From assembly GCA_963805975.1 (NCBI GenBank), contig CAWDVR010000003.1:576001-640000 (forward strand): DNA of 64,000 bases, written 5' to 3'. Below the pieces are notes generated by a model. It made no database searches. It worked only from the letters and a program-made list of their open reading frames with translations, and was not told the origin of the DNA. Every line of letters starts with the position of its first letter. The first letter of the stretch is position 1. The translations under genes were made by a program, and so were the position numbers. This DNA is from an uncultured Acidobacteriota bacterium (GTDB lineage Bacteria > Acidobacteriota > Thermoanaerobaculia > Multivoradales > SZUA-115). Positions 1 through 9,224 of this stretch are shown one piece after another.

Positions 1-3000
1 CGCCGACGCCGGGACGAAGGTGTAGTTCGTGCCGTCGGTGGAGATGGTCAGCGTGCCGCCGTCGTAGTTGGTCTCGAAGTTACGGCGGTGGCCGAAGGAG
101 AGCCGCGCCGTAGTCGAACCGGCCGGGATGCTGATGCCGCCGGCGCCGTTCGGCTGCGCGTAGGTGAAGTTGTTGTTGCCGTAGTCGCTGGTGCAGGTGG
201 TGCCACCGTAGCGGAAAACCTTGGTGCCGGTCTGCGCGGTGCAGGTCTGGATGCCGCGCCAGGAGGTGGTGCTGCCGCCGGAGAGGAACGTGCCCTTGGT
301 CCAGTTCGACATCCCGCTGCCGGTTTCGAAGCCGTTGGTGTAGAGCGTCTGCGTGGTGCAGGTCGGACCGGTCAGAGTGGTGGCCGAGGCCTGGTTCGAG
401 TTGCCCGACTCGCAGGTGGCGCTGTTCGCCGCGCGCACCACGTAGTAGTAGGTCGTCGAGGACGCGAGGCCGGTGTTGTTGAAGGTCGTCGTGACCGAGG
501 TGCCGATCGACGAGTACGGCCCACCGGAGGTGTTCGAGCGGAAGACGTGGTACTCGGTGGCACCGCCGACGGCGGTCCACGAGAGGTTGATCTGGCTCGA
601 GCTGACGGCGGTCGCCGTCAGGCCGGTGGGTGCCGACGGCGGCACGCAGGGAGCCGGCGACGGGGTGACCGACACGCAGGCCGAGGGCGCGGAGGCGCAG
701 GCCTCGTTGCCGGAGGGCTGGGCGACCACCTGGTAGTAGTAGGTGAAGCCGTTGGCCACCGCGTTGTCGGGCTGCGAAGTGCCCGGGAGGTCGTTGAACA
801 CCTTGGTGAAGCCGGCGTTGCAGCCGGTCTCGTTACGGTACAGGTCGTACACCGAGGCACCGCTCGCGGTCCAGCTCGCGGACACCGAGTTGCTGGCGCC
901 GGTGAGCGACAGCGTCGGCACCGCCGGCGGCGAGCAGGCGGCGAAGGTGACGTTGGCGCCGGTGTCCGTCGCGCAGGCCATGCCGTGGCGGTTGGTGGCG
1001 GCGAAAATAGCGCCCGCGTGCGGCGTGCCGTCGCTCAGGTTGCCGTTGTCGTCGTCCACCGCCCGCATGACGCGGAACGTCGAACCGGAAACGCAGCCAT
1101 CCGAGGTCCAGGTGGCCGGGGTGGTGTTGCACTGGAAGGCCGAGGTGGCCGTCGAGCGCGACAGGTACCAGAGGCGGTCGGCGGTGGTCCATGCCGAGCC
1201 CGTTCCCGGGCTGGGCAGGTCGCGGTTGGCGAGGTCCCAGAGGGCTTCGGAGGAGACGTAGGACTCGCAGTGGCCCTCGCGCTTCTTGGTGGAGGTGCCC
1301 TTGGCGATGGCGTCGCGGCCGCAGGCGCCGACGTAGTTGGGATTGAAGACGGAGGGCTGCGGGCACTTGGTCTGGGTGAAGTTGGCCACCGTCGAGGGCG
1401 TGTTCAGAGTGTGCTTGGCGAAGTCGATGTCGCGCACGCCGGTGCAGGAGGTGCAGGGGTTGCCGTAGCCGCCGCAGTTCGAGCCCAGGAAGCCGGCGCC
1501 GACGCACGAAGTGTGGGTGGCGAGGGCGGCGGTGAAGTCGCCGTAGGTCTCGCCGGTGCCGTTCTCCGGCGGCGAGCCGTTGCCGTCGTTGGAGTCCAGG
1601 CCGTGGCCGTACTCGTGGAGCGACACGCCGGCCAGCTCGCCGGTGTTGCCGCAGCCGCCGCCGGAGCGGAAGAAGTTGATCGTCGAGCCGTTCCAGTAGG
1701 CGTTGCAGGTCTGGTTCAGGTTGACGTTGACAGTGAGCTTGGCGTTCAGCCACGAGTTCGCAGGCAGCCAGCCGCGGCCCACTTCCTTGGCCCGATTGAC
1801 GTGGTAGTACTGCATGCGGGAGGAGTGGGTGTTGCCGGCGCCGCCGGTGCCGGGCGTGGTGCAGTCGGTGCCCGCCGAGGTGCCCATGGCGATCAGGCCC
1901 GAGGCGTCCGCGGCCTTGGAGATCGAGCCGCAGTTGTCCGAGATGCCCACGTACTGACCGGAGAGCGTGGTGGTGCCGGAGGTGCCGCTGAAGACGCCGC
2001 CCGAGTTGGCGAAGACGCCGGCGGCCACGTTGGCGAACGGCATCGGCCGCACCACCTCGGCGCCGGTGGTCGGCGAGTTCAGATAGACGCCGCCGGTCAC
2101 CTGGCCATAGTCATTGATGTCCAGGAACTCGGTCACCAGGCCGGTGGTGGCATCGACGCGCGCGCGCCAGGTGCCGGTCACGCCCGGGCGGTTGAAGACG
2201 AGCTGCCAGACGGCCACCAGGCCGCGGCCCTTGCCGGGCTCGAAGAGCTCGGCGGAGGCGTTGTTGATCGTGGCCGGCAGCAGGTGCAGCGAGCCGGGGT
2301 CGCTGAAGCGGTCACGCCCCTGGTTGCCGCCACCCAGGAAGATGGCGAGGGCCTGGCGCGCCTGCTCCTGCGAGTAGTTGATCGACGGTACCGCTGCATC
2401 CACCGGCGGCAGGTTCTCGCTGCCGAACTGGATCATGTTGCCGTGGTTGACGCGGAAGAAGACGCGCGCGCCCTCGACCGGCATGCCACGCCGCGTGACG
2501 TCGTAGTCGACGAACCAGAGATAGTCCGAAGGATGCTCGGAGCGCCCCTTGTTCAGCACCAGGGAGGCAAGGTCCAGGCCCATCATCGGCGCGACGCGCG
2601 CCAGGAAGCCGCGGGCGATGCGGTCGAGCGTCGCAAGGTTGATCTCGCCGCCCGGCGCGAGATGGGCGGCGACGTCGGCCGTGCGCAGCGAGTTGCCGCG
2701 GCCGGGCACCCAGGGGATGCCGGCGCCTTCGGCGTAATGGACGTAGCCGGTCCGCTTGTCGACATAGCCTTGCCAGCCGCCGGGATCGGCGGCCAGGAAG
2801 CTCGCCCAGCCCGCGCGCACCGGGTCGGCCAGGGAAGTCTCGAGGTTCGATACCAGCTCGACTTGTTCGTGCGTCACCAGTCTCTCGTCGATCATGGATC
2901 GAGTGCTCAGGTCGTCGGCAACGTCTCTGAGAACCTGTGCCGTCACGGCACTGCCGAGAGTGAACGTGATCAACACGGCCCAACCGACCGACCAAGGCAT

Positions 3001-3018
3001 GAGGCGTCTAAAGGTCAT
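1..3018 (-). CDS. Secreted zinc metalloprotease (M4/M36-like, with propeptide) carrying fibronectin type III domains; 3' end runs off the window
   Basis: Missing from the ORF track because it has no stop in the window. ATG at 3018 after AAGGAGGGG; N-terminal signal peptide MTFRRLMPWSVGWAVLITFTLGSAVTA; PepSY-like WRARVDATTG; CNAYWNG; HEYGH zinc motif at 1603-1617 followed by GETYGD; FnIII repeats (APTGLTATAVSSSQINLSW...TTYYYVVRA). Confidence 0.88.
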   Translation of the reverse strand, partial: MTFRRLMPWSVGWAVLITFTLGSAVTAQVLRDVADDLSTRSMIDERLVTHEQVELVSNLETSLADPVRAGWASFLAADPGGWQGYVDKRTGYVHYAEGAGIPWVPGRGNSLRTADVAAHLAPGGEINLATLDRIARGFLARVAPMMGLDLASLVLNKGRSEHPSDYLWFVDYDVTRRGMPVEGARVFFRVNHGNMIQFGSENLPPVDAAVPSINYSQEQARQALAIFLGGGNQGRDRFSDPGSLHLLPATINNASAELFEPGKGRGLVAVWQLVFNRPGVTGTWRARVDATTGLVTEFLDINDYGQVTGGVYLNSPTTGAEVVRPMPFANVAAGVFANSGGVFSGTSGTTTLSGQYVGISDNCGSISKAADASGLIAMGTSAGTDCTTPGTGGAGNTHSSRMQYYHVNRAKEVGRGWLPANSWLNAKLTVNVNLNQTCNAYWNGSTINFFRSGGGCGNTGELAGVSLHEYGHGLDSNDGNGSPPENGTGETYGDFTAALATHTSCVGAGFLGSNCGGYGNPCTSCTGVRDIDFAKHTLNTPSTVANFTQTKCPQPSVFNPNYVGACGRDAIAKGTSTKKREGHCESYVSSEALWDLANRDLPSPGTGSAWTTADRLWYLSRSTATSAFQCNTTPATWTSDGCVSGSTFRVMRAVDDDNGNLSDGTPHAGAIFAATNRHGMACATDTGANVTFAACSPPAVPTLSLTGASNSVSASWTASGASVYDLYRNETGCNAGFTKVFNDLPGTSQPDNAVANGFTYYYQVVAQPSGNEACASAPSACVSVTPSPAPCVPPSAPTGLTATAVSSSQINLSWTAVGGATEYHVFRSNTSGGPYSSIGTSVTTTFNNTGLASSTTYYYVVRAANSATCESGNSNQASATTLTGPTCTTQTLYTNGFETGSGMSNWTKGTFLSGGSTTSWRGIQTCTAQTGTKVFRYGGTTCTSDYGNNNFTYAQPNGAGGISIPAGSTTARLSFGHRRNFETNYDGGTLTISTDGTNYTFVPASA

Positions 3019-3215
3019 CTATTTCCCCTCCTTCGTGGGGGCCGTCTCGGCATGAGACGGAAAAGTGGCGGAGACGAATTCCGAATCGATCCTGATACGC
3101 GGATCGCAGTACCATCTCTTCGCTGGACCGATCGACACTGGCCCGGATTCGGTTGGAGCACCGAGAGCTATAGTGCAGGTCGTGACTAGGAAGTAGACGC
3201 TCCCGAGGGGGAAGA

Positions 3216-5336
3216 GTGAAGAAGCGTGATCAATTGTTCTCGATGATTGCGGCGCTCGCTCCAGTTTTTGTTCTTTTTGTGACTGCAAACGAGAAAACGT
3301 TTGCAGTTCCCGCTGCAGCGCGGCCGAACCTGCTGCTCGTCACGCTCGACACCACTCGCGCGGACCACCTCGGCGCCTGGGGTTGGCGCGATGCGAGGAC
3401 GCCGAACCTCGACGCCCTCGCCGCGCGCGGCACCCGTTTCTCCCGCTGCGACACCGCGGCGCCGATCACCCTTCCCAGCCACTCGACGATCCTCTCCGGC
3501 CTCTTTCCGCCGCGTCACGGCGTGCGGGACAACGGCACCTTCGTGCTCGACGCCAAGGTCGAAACCGTGGCCGAGAGCCTGGGAGCGCGCGGCTACGACA
3601 CCGCGGCCGTGGTCTCGGCGGTGGTGCTCGCGCGGCGGCACGGGCTCGACCAGGGCTTCCGCCTCTACGACGACGATCTGGGAGGCGGCTACGCGGCCGG
3701 CACCGAGGTCTCCGAGCGCCAGGCCGAGGCCGCCACCGAGGCGGCGCTCGCCGCGCTCGGCCGCCTGAAGCCGCCGTTCTTCCTCTGGGTCCACTACTTC
3801 GATCCGCACGAGGAGTACCGGCCGCCGACCCGGTTCGCCGACACCGCGAAGGGGCCGCACCGGCTCTACGACGGCGAGATCACCTACATGGACTCCGAGA
3901 TCGGCCGCCTGCTGGCGCGCCTGCCCGCGGACACCTCCGTGGTGGTGGTGGGCGACCACGGCGAGATGCTGGGCGAGCAGGGCGAGACCTCGCACGGCCT
4001 GCTGCTCGCGCCCGGCGCGCGGCGGGTGCCGCTGATCCTCGCCGGACCGGGCGTGCCGGCGAAGACGACCTCCGACTGCCTGGTGCGCACGGCCGACGTG
4101 GCGCCCACCCTGCTCGGCCTCGCGGGGGTGCCCCCGGCCGCCGGGCTCGACGGCCTCTCGCTGCTCCCGGTGCCCGGCGGGGCAGGCTGTGACCGGCCGA
4201 GCTACAGCGAGAGCTTCCTGCCCTTCTTCGCCTACCGCTGGTACCCACTGCGGTCGCTCTCGGACGGCAAGCTCCTCTTCCTACAGGCACCCAAGCCTTC
4301 CCTCTTCCGGCTCGCGGGCGACCCCGCGGAGACCCGCGATCTGGCCGCGGCCGAGCCGGCGCTCGCGCGTGCCTGGGGCGAGCGGCTGGCGGGCCTGCTC
4401 GCCGCTGCGGGGGAGAAGGTCGAGACCCGTGTCGAACCGCAGAACGTGCTCACCGCCGACCAGCGGCGGCAGCTCGAGAGCCTCGGCTATCTGGGCGGCG
4501 CGGTTGGAGGAGGCGGCACGACCGCGGCGGTGGTCTCCGCCGATCTGCCGGACCCGCGGCAGATGACGCAAGTGGCGCTCGACCTCCACGAGGCCGCCCG
4601 CAAGGTGCAGGAGAACCGCTTCCGGGAGGCGCTGCCGGTGCTCTCCGCGATCGTCAAGCGGGACCCGCACAACTTCCCCGCGCTGTCGCTCGCCGGGCTC
4701 TGTCTCAAGGAGACGGGCAAGCTCGAGCCGGCGCTCGCCCTGCTCCAGCAGGCGAGCCGCGAGAACCCGCTCTCCGCCGTGCCGGTGGCGAACGCGGCCG
4801 GCGTGCTGATGGCCCTGGGACGCAAGGCCGAGGCCGAGCGCGAGTACCGCCACGCCCTGGCTCTCGACGCCTCGCAGCCGGCGGCGGCCTCGAACCTCGC
4901 GCGCCTGCTGCGCGAGCGCGGGGCGGGCCGGGAGGCGCTCGCCGTGCTCGACGGCGCGCTCGCCGCCGGCGCCTTCTCGCCGGAGCTCCACCTCGAGCGC
5001 GGCGTGACCCTGGCCGAGGCGGGGCGCCTGCCGGAGGCCCTCGGGAGCTTCCGCGAGGCGGCCCGCAGGAACCCGACCGACCCCGTGCCGCTCGAGAACG
5101 CCGCCCGCGCCGCCTACCAGCTCGAGCGCTTCCGCGAGTCCGCGCAGTTCTACGAGCAGCTCCTGCGGCTCGCGCCCAACCGCCTGGAAGCCTGGAAGGC
5201 CCTCGGCGCGATCTACCTCTACAGCCTGGACGAGCGGCCGGCCGCCCTGACGGCCTTCCGCCGCGCGCTGACGCTCGAGATCGATCCGGCCGAGAAGGCG
5301 AAGCTCGTCGAGGTGATCGACGAGCTGGGGGGCTAG
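3216..5336 (+). CDS. Sulfatase-like hydrolase with C-terminal TPR repeats
   Basis: PNLLLVTLDTTRADHL, TLPSH, HYFDPH, YDGEI and GDHGE motifs of the alkaline phosphatase/sulfatase superfamily; LESLGYL; TPR helices in the C-terminal third; exact start uncertain. Confidence 0.88.
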   Translation: MKKRDQLFSMIAALAPVFVLFVTANEKTFAVPAAARPNLLLVTLDTTRADHLGAWGWRDARTPNLDALAARGTRFSRCDTAAPITLPSHSTILSGLFPPRHGVRDNGTFVLDAKVETVAESLGARGYDTAAVVSAVVLARRHGLDQGFRLYDDDLGGGYAAGTEVSERQAEAATEAALAALGRLKPPFFLWVHYFDPHEEYRPPTRFADTAKGPHRLYDGEITYMDSEIGRLLARLPADTSVVVVGDHGEMLGEQGETSHGLLLAPGARRVPLILAGPGVPAKTTSDCLVRTADVAPTLLGLAGVPPAAGLDGLSLLPVPGGAGCDRPSYSESFLPFFAYRWYPLRSLSDGKLLFLQAPKPSLFRLAGDPAETRDLAAAEPALARAWGERLAGLLAAAGEKVETRVEPQNVLTADQRRQLESLGYLGGAVGGGGTTAAVVSADLPDPRQMTQVALDLHEAARKVQENRFREALPVLSAIVKRDPHNFPALSLAGLCLKETGKLEPALALLQQASRENPLSAVPVANAAGVLMALGRKAEAEREYRHALALDASQPAAASNLARLLRERGAGREALAVLDGALAAGAFSPELHLERGVTLAEAGRLPEALGSFREAARRNPTDPVPLENAARAAYQLERFRESAQFYEQLLRLAPNRLEAWKALGAIYLYSLDERPAALTAFRRALTLEIDPAEKAKLVEVIDELGG

Positions 5337-6118
5337 AGCATCCGGCCGGCGAGCTCTTTCACCAGCTTCGCCGCCACCGCGGCCGTGACTCCCAGCGGGT
5401 CCCGGCTCGGGTTGAGCTCCACCACGTCGACACCGACCAGGGGGCCCGGCGCGCGCTGGATCAGCTCCAGCACCTCGCGCACGGTGAGGCCGCCGGGCTC
5501 GCGGTGCGCCACGCCCGGCGCGAACGCCGGGTCGATGCCGTCGAGATCGATCGAGATGTAGAGCGGCCCGCTGAGGTCGGGGCGGGCTCCGGCCTGCCAG
5601 GCGGGCATGTCGATCGTCTCCACACCGAAGCGTTCCGCCTGCTCTCTCTGGTGCTTCGTCCCAGCGCGGATCCCTACCTGCACGAGCCGCGAGGCGAGGC
5701 CCTCCTCCATGATCCTGGCGAACGGGCAGGCGTGCGAGAACCGGTCGCCCTCGAACTCGTCGTAGAGGTCGGGGTGCGCGTCGACGTGGAGGATCGAGAC
5801 CGGCCCCAAGAGCCTCGCCACAGCGCGCACCACGGGGTAGGTCACCGAGTGGTCGCCACCCAAGGCGATCGGCCGCGCGTCGCTCGCGAGGAGCGCCGCG
5901 ATGCCCGATTCGATCACCGCCCGAGCGTCGGCCGGCTCGGGAAACGCGAGGTCGCCGGCATCGCCCAGTGGGCTGGTGTCCACGAGACCTTCGCTCCAGC
6001 GATTCCCGCCGGAAGAGTGCAGGATCTCCCGGATCGCCGCCGGCCCGGCCGCCGACCCGCGCAAGAAGGACGAGCTCCCGTCATACGGGAGCCCGATCAG
6101 TCGAGGAGCCGCCGCCAT
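5333..6118 (-). CDS. speB: Agmatinase / arginase-family ureohydrolase
   Basis: GGDHS, DAHPD, SHACPF, DLDGIDP and VELNP motifs. Confidence 0.85.
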   Translation of the reverse strand: MAAAPRLIGLPYDGSSSFLRGSAAGPAAIREILHSSGGNRWSEGLVDTSPLGDAGDLAFPEPADARAVIESGIAALLASDARPIALGGDHSVTYPVVRAVARLLGPVSILHVDAHPDLYDEFEGDRFSHACPFARIMEEGLASRLVQVGIRAGTKHQREQAERFGVETIDMPAWQAGARPDLSGPLYISIDLDGIDPAFAPGVAHREPGGLTVREVLELIQRAPGPLVGVDVVELNPSRDPLGVTAAVAAKLVKELAGRML

Positions 6119-6128
6119 GCCGGGACGC

Positions 6129-6575
6129 CTACTCCGCAGGCGGGGCCTCGGCCTCCGCTTCCTTCTGCCGCTCGGCCACCAGGCGGCGGAGCCTCTTCTC
6201 GTCGAAGCCGTGGATCACGGTGCCGTCGAAGTCGATCAGCGGCACCCCGGAGTAGCCGCGCCCCTTGGCCTCGTACTCCTCCCGGGCGGCGGCGCTCTTC
6301 TCGATGTCCTTGTCCTCGAACGGCTCGCCGAGCGCGGTGAGGAGCTCGCGGGTCTTCCGGCAATAGCCGCACCAGGTGGTGGTGTAGAGGACGATCGGTC
6401 CGGGCTCGTCGGCGGAGCTCGCGACCGCGGCAGAGCCCGCACCCCGGGTCTCGACCGCCCTGCCGTCGCGGGTCGCCAGCCAGTCGGCGTGGGCGGGAGC
6501 GAGAAGGGCTGCGAGGAATAGAGCTAAAAGACAGCACCCCATCCAGAGGTTCGCCGCGTGACCTGGTTTCGCCAT
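6129..6575 (-). CDS. Exported glutaredoxin-domain protein
   Basis: Signal peptide (LLALFLAALLAPAHA); LYTTTWCGYC and GVPLIDFDG glutaredoxin motifs; start chosen at ATG 6575. Confidence 0.8.
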   Translation of the reverse strand: MAKPGHAANLWMGCCLLALFLAALLAPAHADWLATRDGRAVETRGAGSAAVASSADEPGPIVLYTTTWCGYCRKTRELLTALGEPFEDKDIEKSAAAREEYEAKGRGYSGVPLIDFDGTVIHGFDEKRLRRLVAERQKEAEAEAPPAE

Positions 6576-6649
6576 TCTCGCCTCCGTGATTCCGTTGGTC
6601 CGAGCTCGCGGGCATCCTATGCCTGGCCCGAGGTCTCCGCAAGATTCCA

Positions 6650-6678
6650 TTGACAGCACGCAGCCCGGGGTTTAGCTT
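6650..6678 (+). promoter_or_regulatory. Sigma70-type promoter, probably giving a leaderless transcript of the DUF2270 gene
   Basis: TTGACA (6650-55), 17 nt spacer, TAGCTT (6673-78); GTG start 6 nt further on with no SD. Confidence 0.6.
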
Positions 6679-6684
6679 TCCGCC

Positions 6685-7389
6685 GTGCCCGAGCCGGAAC
6701 ACGCCTCGTTCGAGGACTATCCCCTCACCCGCATCGAGTACATCACCGCGGTGGTGCACTACTACCGCGGCGAGAGGAGCCGCACGGATGCCTGGCGGGC
6801 GCGGCTGGACCCCACCACCAACTGGGCGGTGGTGACCACCGGCGGCATGCTCTCCTTCGCGTTCTCGAGCGCGGAGCACTCGCACGTCACGCTGCTCCTG
6901 GGCAACCTCCTGGTGGTGATGTTCCTGGGCTTCGAGGCGCGGCGCTTCCGCTACTTCGACGTCTGGCGGGCGCGCGTGCGGATGATCGAGGAGAACTTCT
7001 TCCTGCCCATCTTCCGCCGCAACCTGGTGAGCCCCAAGTCCGGCTGGCGCGAGATGGTGGCCGCGGACCTGGACGAGCCGAAGTTCAAGCTCTCGGTGCT
7101 CGAGGCGGTCTCGATCCGGCTGCGCTTCAACTACGTATGGATCTTCCTCGTCATCCTGCTCGCCTGGCTCGCCAAGCTGGCGATGCATCCCTTCGAGGCC
7201 CGGAGCGCGGCCGAGGTCTACGAGCGGATGGCGGTCGGCCCAGCCGGCAGCTTCCTGGTGCTCGCGGCCGTCGTCGCCTTCTACTCGACAGTGATCTGGC
7301 TCGCCATCTGGGGCGGCCGCCACGGCCGCGGCTCGGACGAGGTCAAGGGCGTGCTGAAGACGAAAGAAATGGTGGAGTGGAAGACGTAG
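6685..7389 (+). CDS. DUF2270-family membrane protein
   Basis: HYYRGE...WRARLDPTTNWAV...EARRFRYFDVWRARVR signature; several TM segments. Confidence 0.82.
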   Translation: MPEPEHASFEDYPLTRIEYITAVVHYYRGERSRTDAWRARLDPTTNWAVVTTGGMLSFAFSSAEHSHVTLLLGNLLVVMFLGFEARRFRYFDVWRARVRMIEENFFLPIFRRNLVSPKSGWREMVAADLDEPKFKLSVLEAVSIRLRFNYVWIFLVILLAWLAKLAMHPFEARSAAEVYERMAVGPAGSFLVLAAVVAFYSTVIWLAIWGGRHGRGSDEVKGVLKTKEMVEWKT

Positions 7390-7563
7390 ATCTAGCCCTC
7401 AGCCAGTCTCCGGTTCCCAGCCGAAGCGGTGCTCGTCGGCGCTGAGCGGCTGGCCAGCGAGCGCCCCTCGAGCCGGGGAGCGAAGCTCTGGACCCTGGCC
7501 TCGGCCAAGGCGGCGAGGATCCCTGCTGGGACGGCGGCAGGGCGGCCCGCGATCGACACCCGC

Positions 7564-7905
7564 TCAGCCGAGATACGTCAGGAGGACGATCAGGAACCCG
7601 GCGACCGCCACCAGTGCATGGACCGCGATCAGGGGCTTGGGCAGCACCTTACCCTGGGCATGCAGCGCGAAGAGCACCAGCCCGCCGATCGCCGCCACCA
7701 CGAACAGGCCGATGGCGATCGGCAGGCGCCCGACCGCGCCGCCGGCCATCACCACCCGGATCACCACGACCAGGCCGAGCACCGCCAGCAGGCCGTGGAT
7801 CAAGGCCACCGCTATGGGCGGGGGGCTTCCCTGCCAGTGGCGCGAAGCCAGGTACAGGCCTCCCACGGCCGCGAGCGCAAACAGCAAGACGGCGTAGAGC
7901 AGCAT
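7564..7905 (-). CDS. Small 4-TM hypothetical membrane protein
   Basis: ATG after AAGGAGGTG; hydrophobic; internally duplicated P-x-x-(I/V)A-x-x-H-(G/A)-L motif. Confidence 0.75.
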   Translation of the reverse strand: MLLYAVLLFALAAVGGLYLASRHWQGSPPPIAVALIHGLLAVLGLVVVIRVVMAGGAVGRLPIAIGLFVVAAIGGLVLFALHAQGKVLPKPLIAVHALVAVAGFLIVLLTYLG

Positions 7906-8036
7906 GCTTCACCTCCTTGGGTTGCCGTCAAGGTAGTACTCGTCTCAAGAATATGCAAGAAAATAGCTGTAAAATTATGGGGGCCTGAGTCGTTCCGATC
8001 CGACCGAGGTCCAGAGATCCCTTCCCAGTGCTCAAC

Positions 8037-9038
8037 TCAATAGTTGAGCTTACCCTTCGCCTCCGCGATCGCCTCGTCGATCTTCTCGATCGAAAGGTTC
8101 TCGGTGCCGCGGCCGGCTGGATAGAAGCCCTGCCTGTACATGGGGAAGGTCTCGGTACGCAGGTGGGCGAGGGTCTGGTGGCCGCGGCGGGTGGCGCGCT
8201 CGTGGCGGAGAGCGGTGATGTCGATCGGGGCCACGACGATCTTCTCGCCGGCTCCAGGGTCGGCCTGGGCGAGGAGGCGGCCCTCGTAGTCCACCACCAT
8301 GCTGCCGCCCGGCCAGGAGAAGGGCGGGTAGTGGGAGAGGCTCGCGGCCTGGTTCGAGGCCACCACGTAGGCCACGTTCTCGAGCGCCCGGCAGCGGTTG
8401 ACCACCGTCCACCAGTCCATGGGCGCGGTGGCCCCCCAGGGGTCCATGTAGGCCGAGACGCGGATCAGCACCTCGGCGCCGTTGGCGGTGAGCTGGCGCA
8501 GCGTCTCCGGGAACAGCCAGTCGTAGCAGATGGCGCAGCCGAGCTTGCCGATCGGCGTGTCGGCCACCGGGTAGATCTCCTCGTCGTAGCCGGGGAGGTC
8601 GTGCGGGCTGGCGTGCACCTCCCAGGGGATCCACGGGTTCACCTTGCGGTACTTGGTGAGGATGCCCTCCGGGCCCACCAGGCAGGTGGCGTTGAACACC
8701 GCGCCGGGCCACTTGGGGTCGCGCTCGATGAAGGAGCCGGTCTGGATGTAGACGCCGAGCTCGCGCGCCTTGGCGACGTAGCGCTCGGTGTGCTCGTTCG
8801 GGATCTCGACGGCGAGCTTGTCGTCGAGCTCGCGGGCCGTCGAGTAGACCGGCGCCGCGTGCGCGAACTCCGGGAAGGTCAGGAGCTTCACCGGCAGGAA
8901 GGGCGCGTAGCCCTCGACCGCCATGTCGATCATCGCCAGCATGCGGTCGGTGTGCGAACGGATGCCGCCGCGCTCGGTGGGGTTGCCGAAATCGACCTGG
9001 CAGGCGGCGGCGGCGTAGCGGAGGGGCGGCTCGGCCAT
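8037..9038 (-). CDS. Nitrilase-superfamily carbon-nitrogen hydrolase (amidase-like)
   Basis: E-K-C triad in FPEF, KYRK and ICYDWLFPE; GAGGAG SD. Confidence 0.88.
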   Translation of the reverse strand: MAEPPLRYAAAACQVDFGNPTERGGIRSHTDRMLAMIDMAVEGYAPFLPVKLLTFPEFAHAAPVYSTARELDDKLAVEIPNEHTERYVAKARELGVYIQTGSFIERDPKWPGAVFNATCLVGPEGILTKYRKVNPWIPWEVHASPHDLPGYDEEIYPVADTPIGKLGCAICYDWLFPETLRQLTANGAEVLIRVSAYMDPWGATAPMDWWTVVNRCRALENVAYVVASNQAASLSHYPPFSWPGGSMVVDYEGRLLAQADPGAGEKIVVAPIDITALRHERATRRGHQTLAHLRTETFPMYRQGFYPAGRGTENLSIEKIDEAIAEAKGKLNY

Positions 9039-9224
9039 GGGCTCTCCTCGTGGGAGGCGGAGTATACGAGCCGCTCAGGGTTCGCTTTCTCCTCGGCGGG
9101 GCTTGGCATTTCCTCATACGTCGGCTCGCTGATCGAAGCTTCGCTATAGACTGCGCCGATCCCGGCTCCGGATCGAGACACGAGGGACGACCGCGGGCTC
9201 CGCGGGCCGGTGGGGGAGCACCCA

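Noticed and set aside
88-3189. 1033-aa plus-strand ORF
   Set aside because: Antisense shadow of the minus-strand metalloprotease; no motifs; Arg/Gly/Ala-rich
7390-7563. Possible small minus-strand ORF between convergent genes
   Set aside because: No SD, no motif and unremarkable composition
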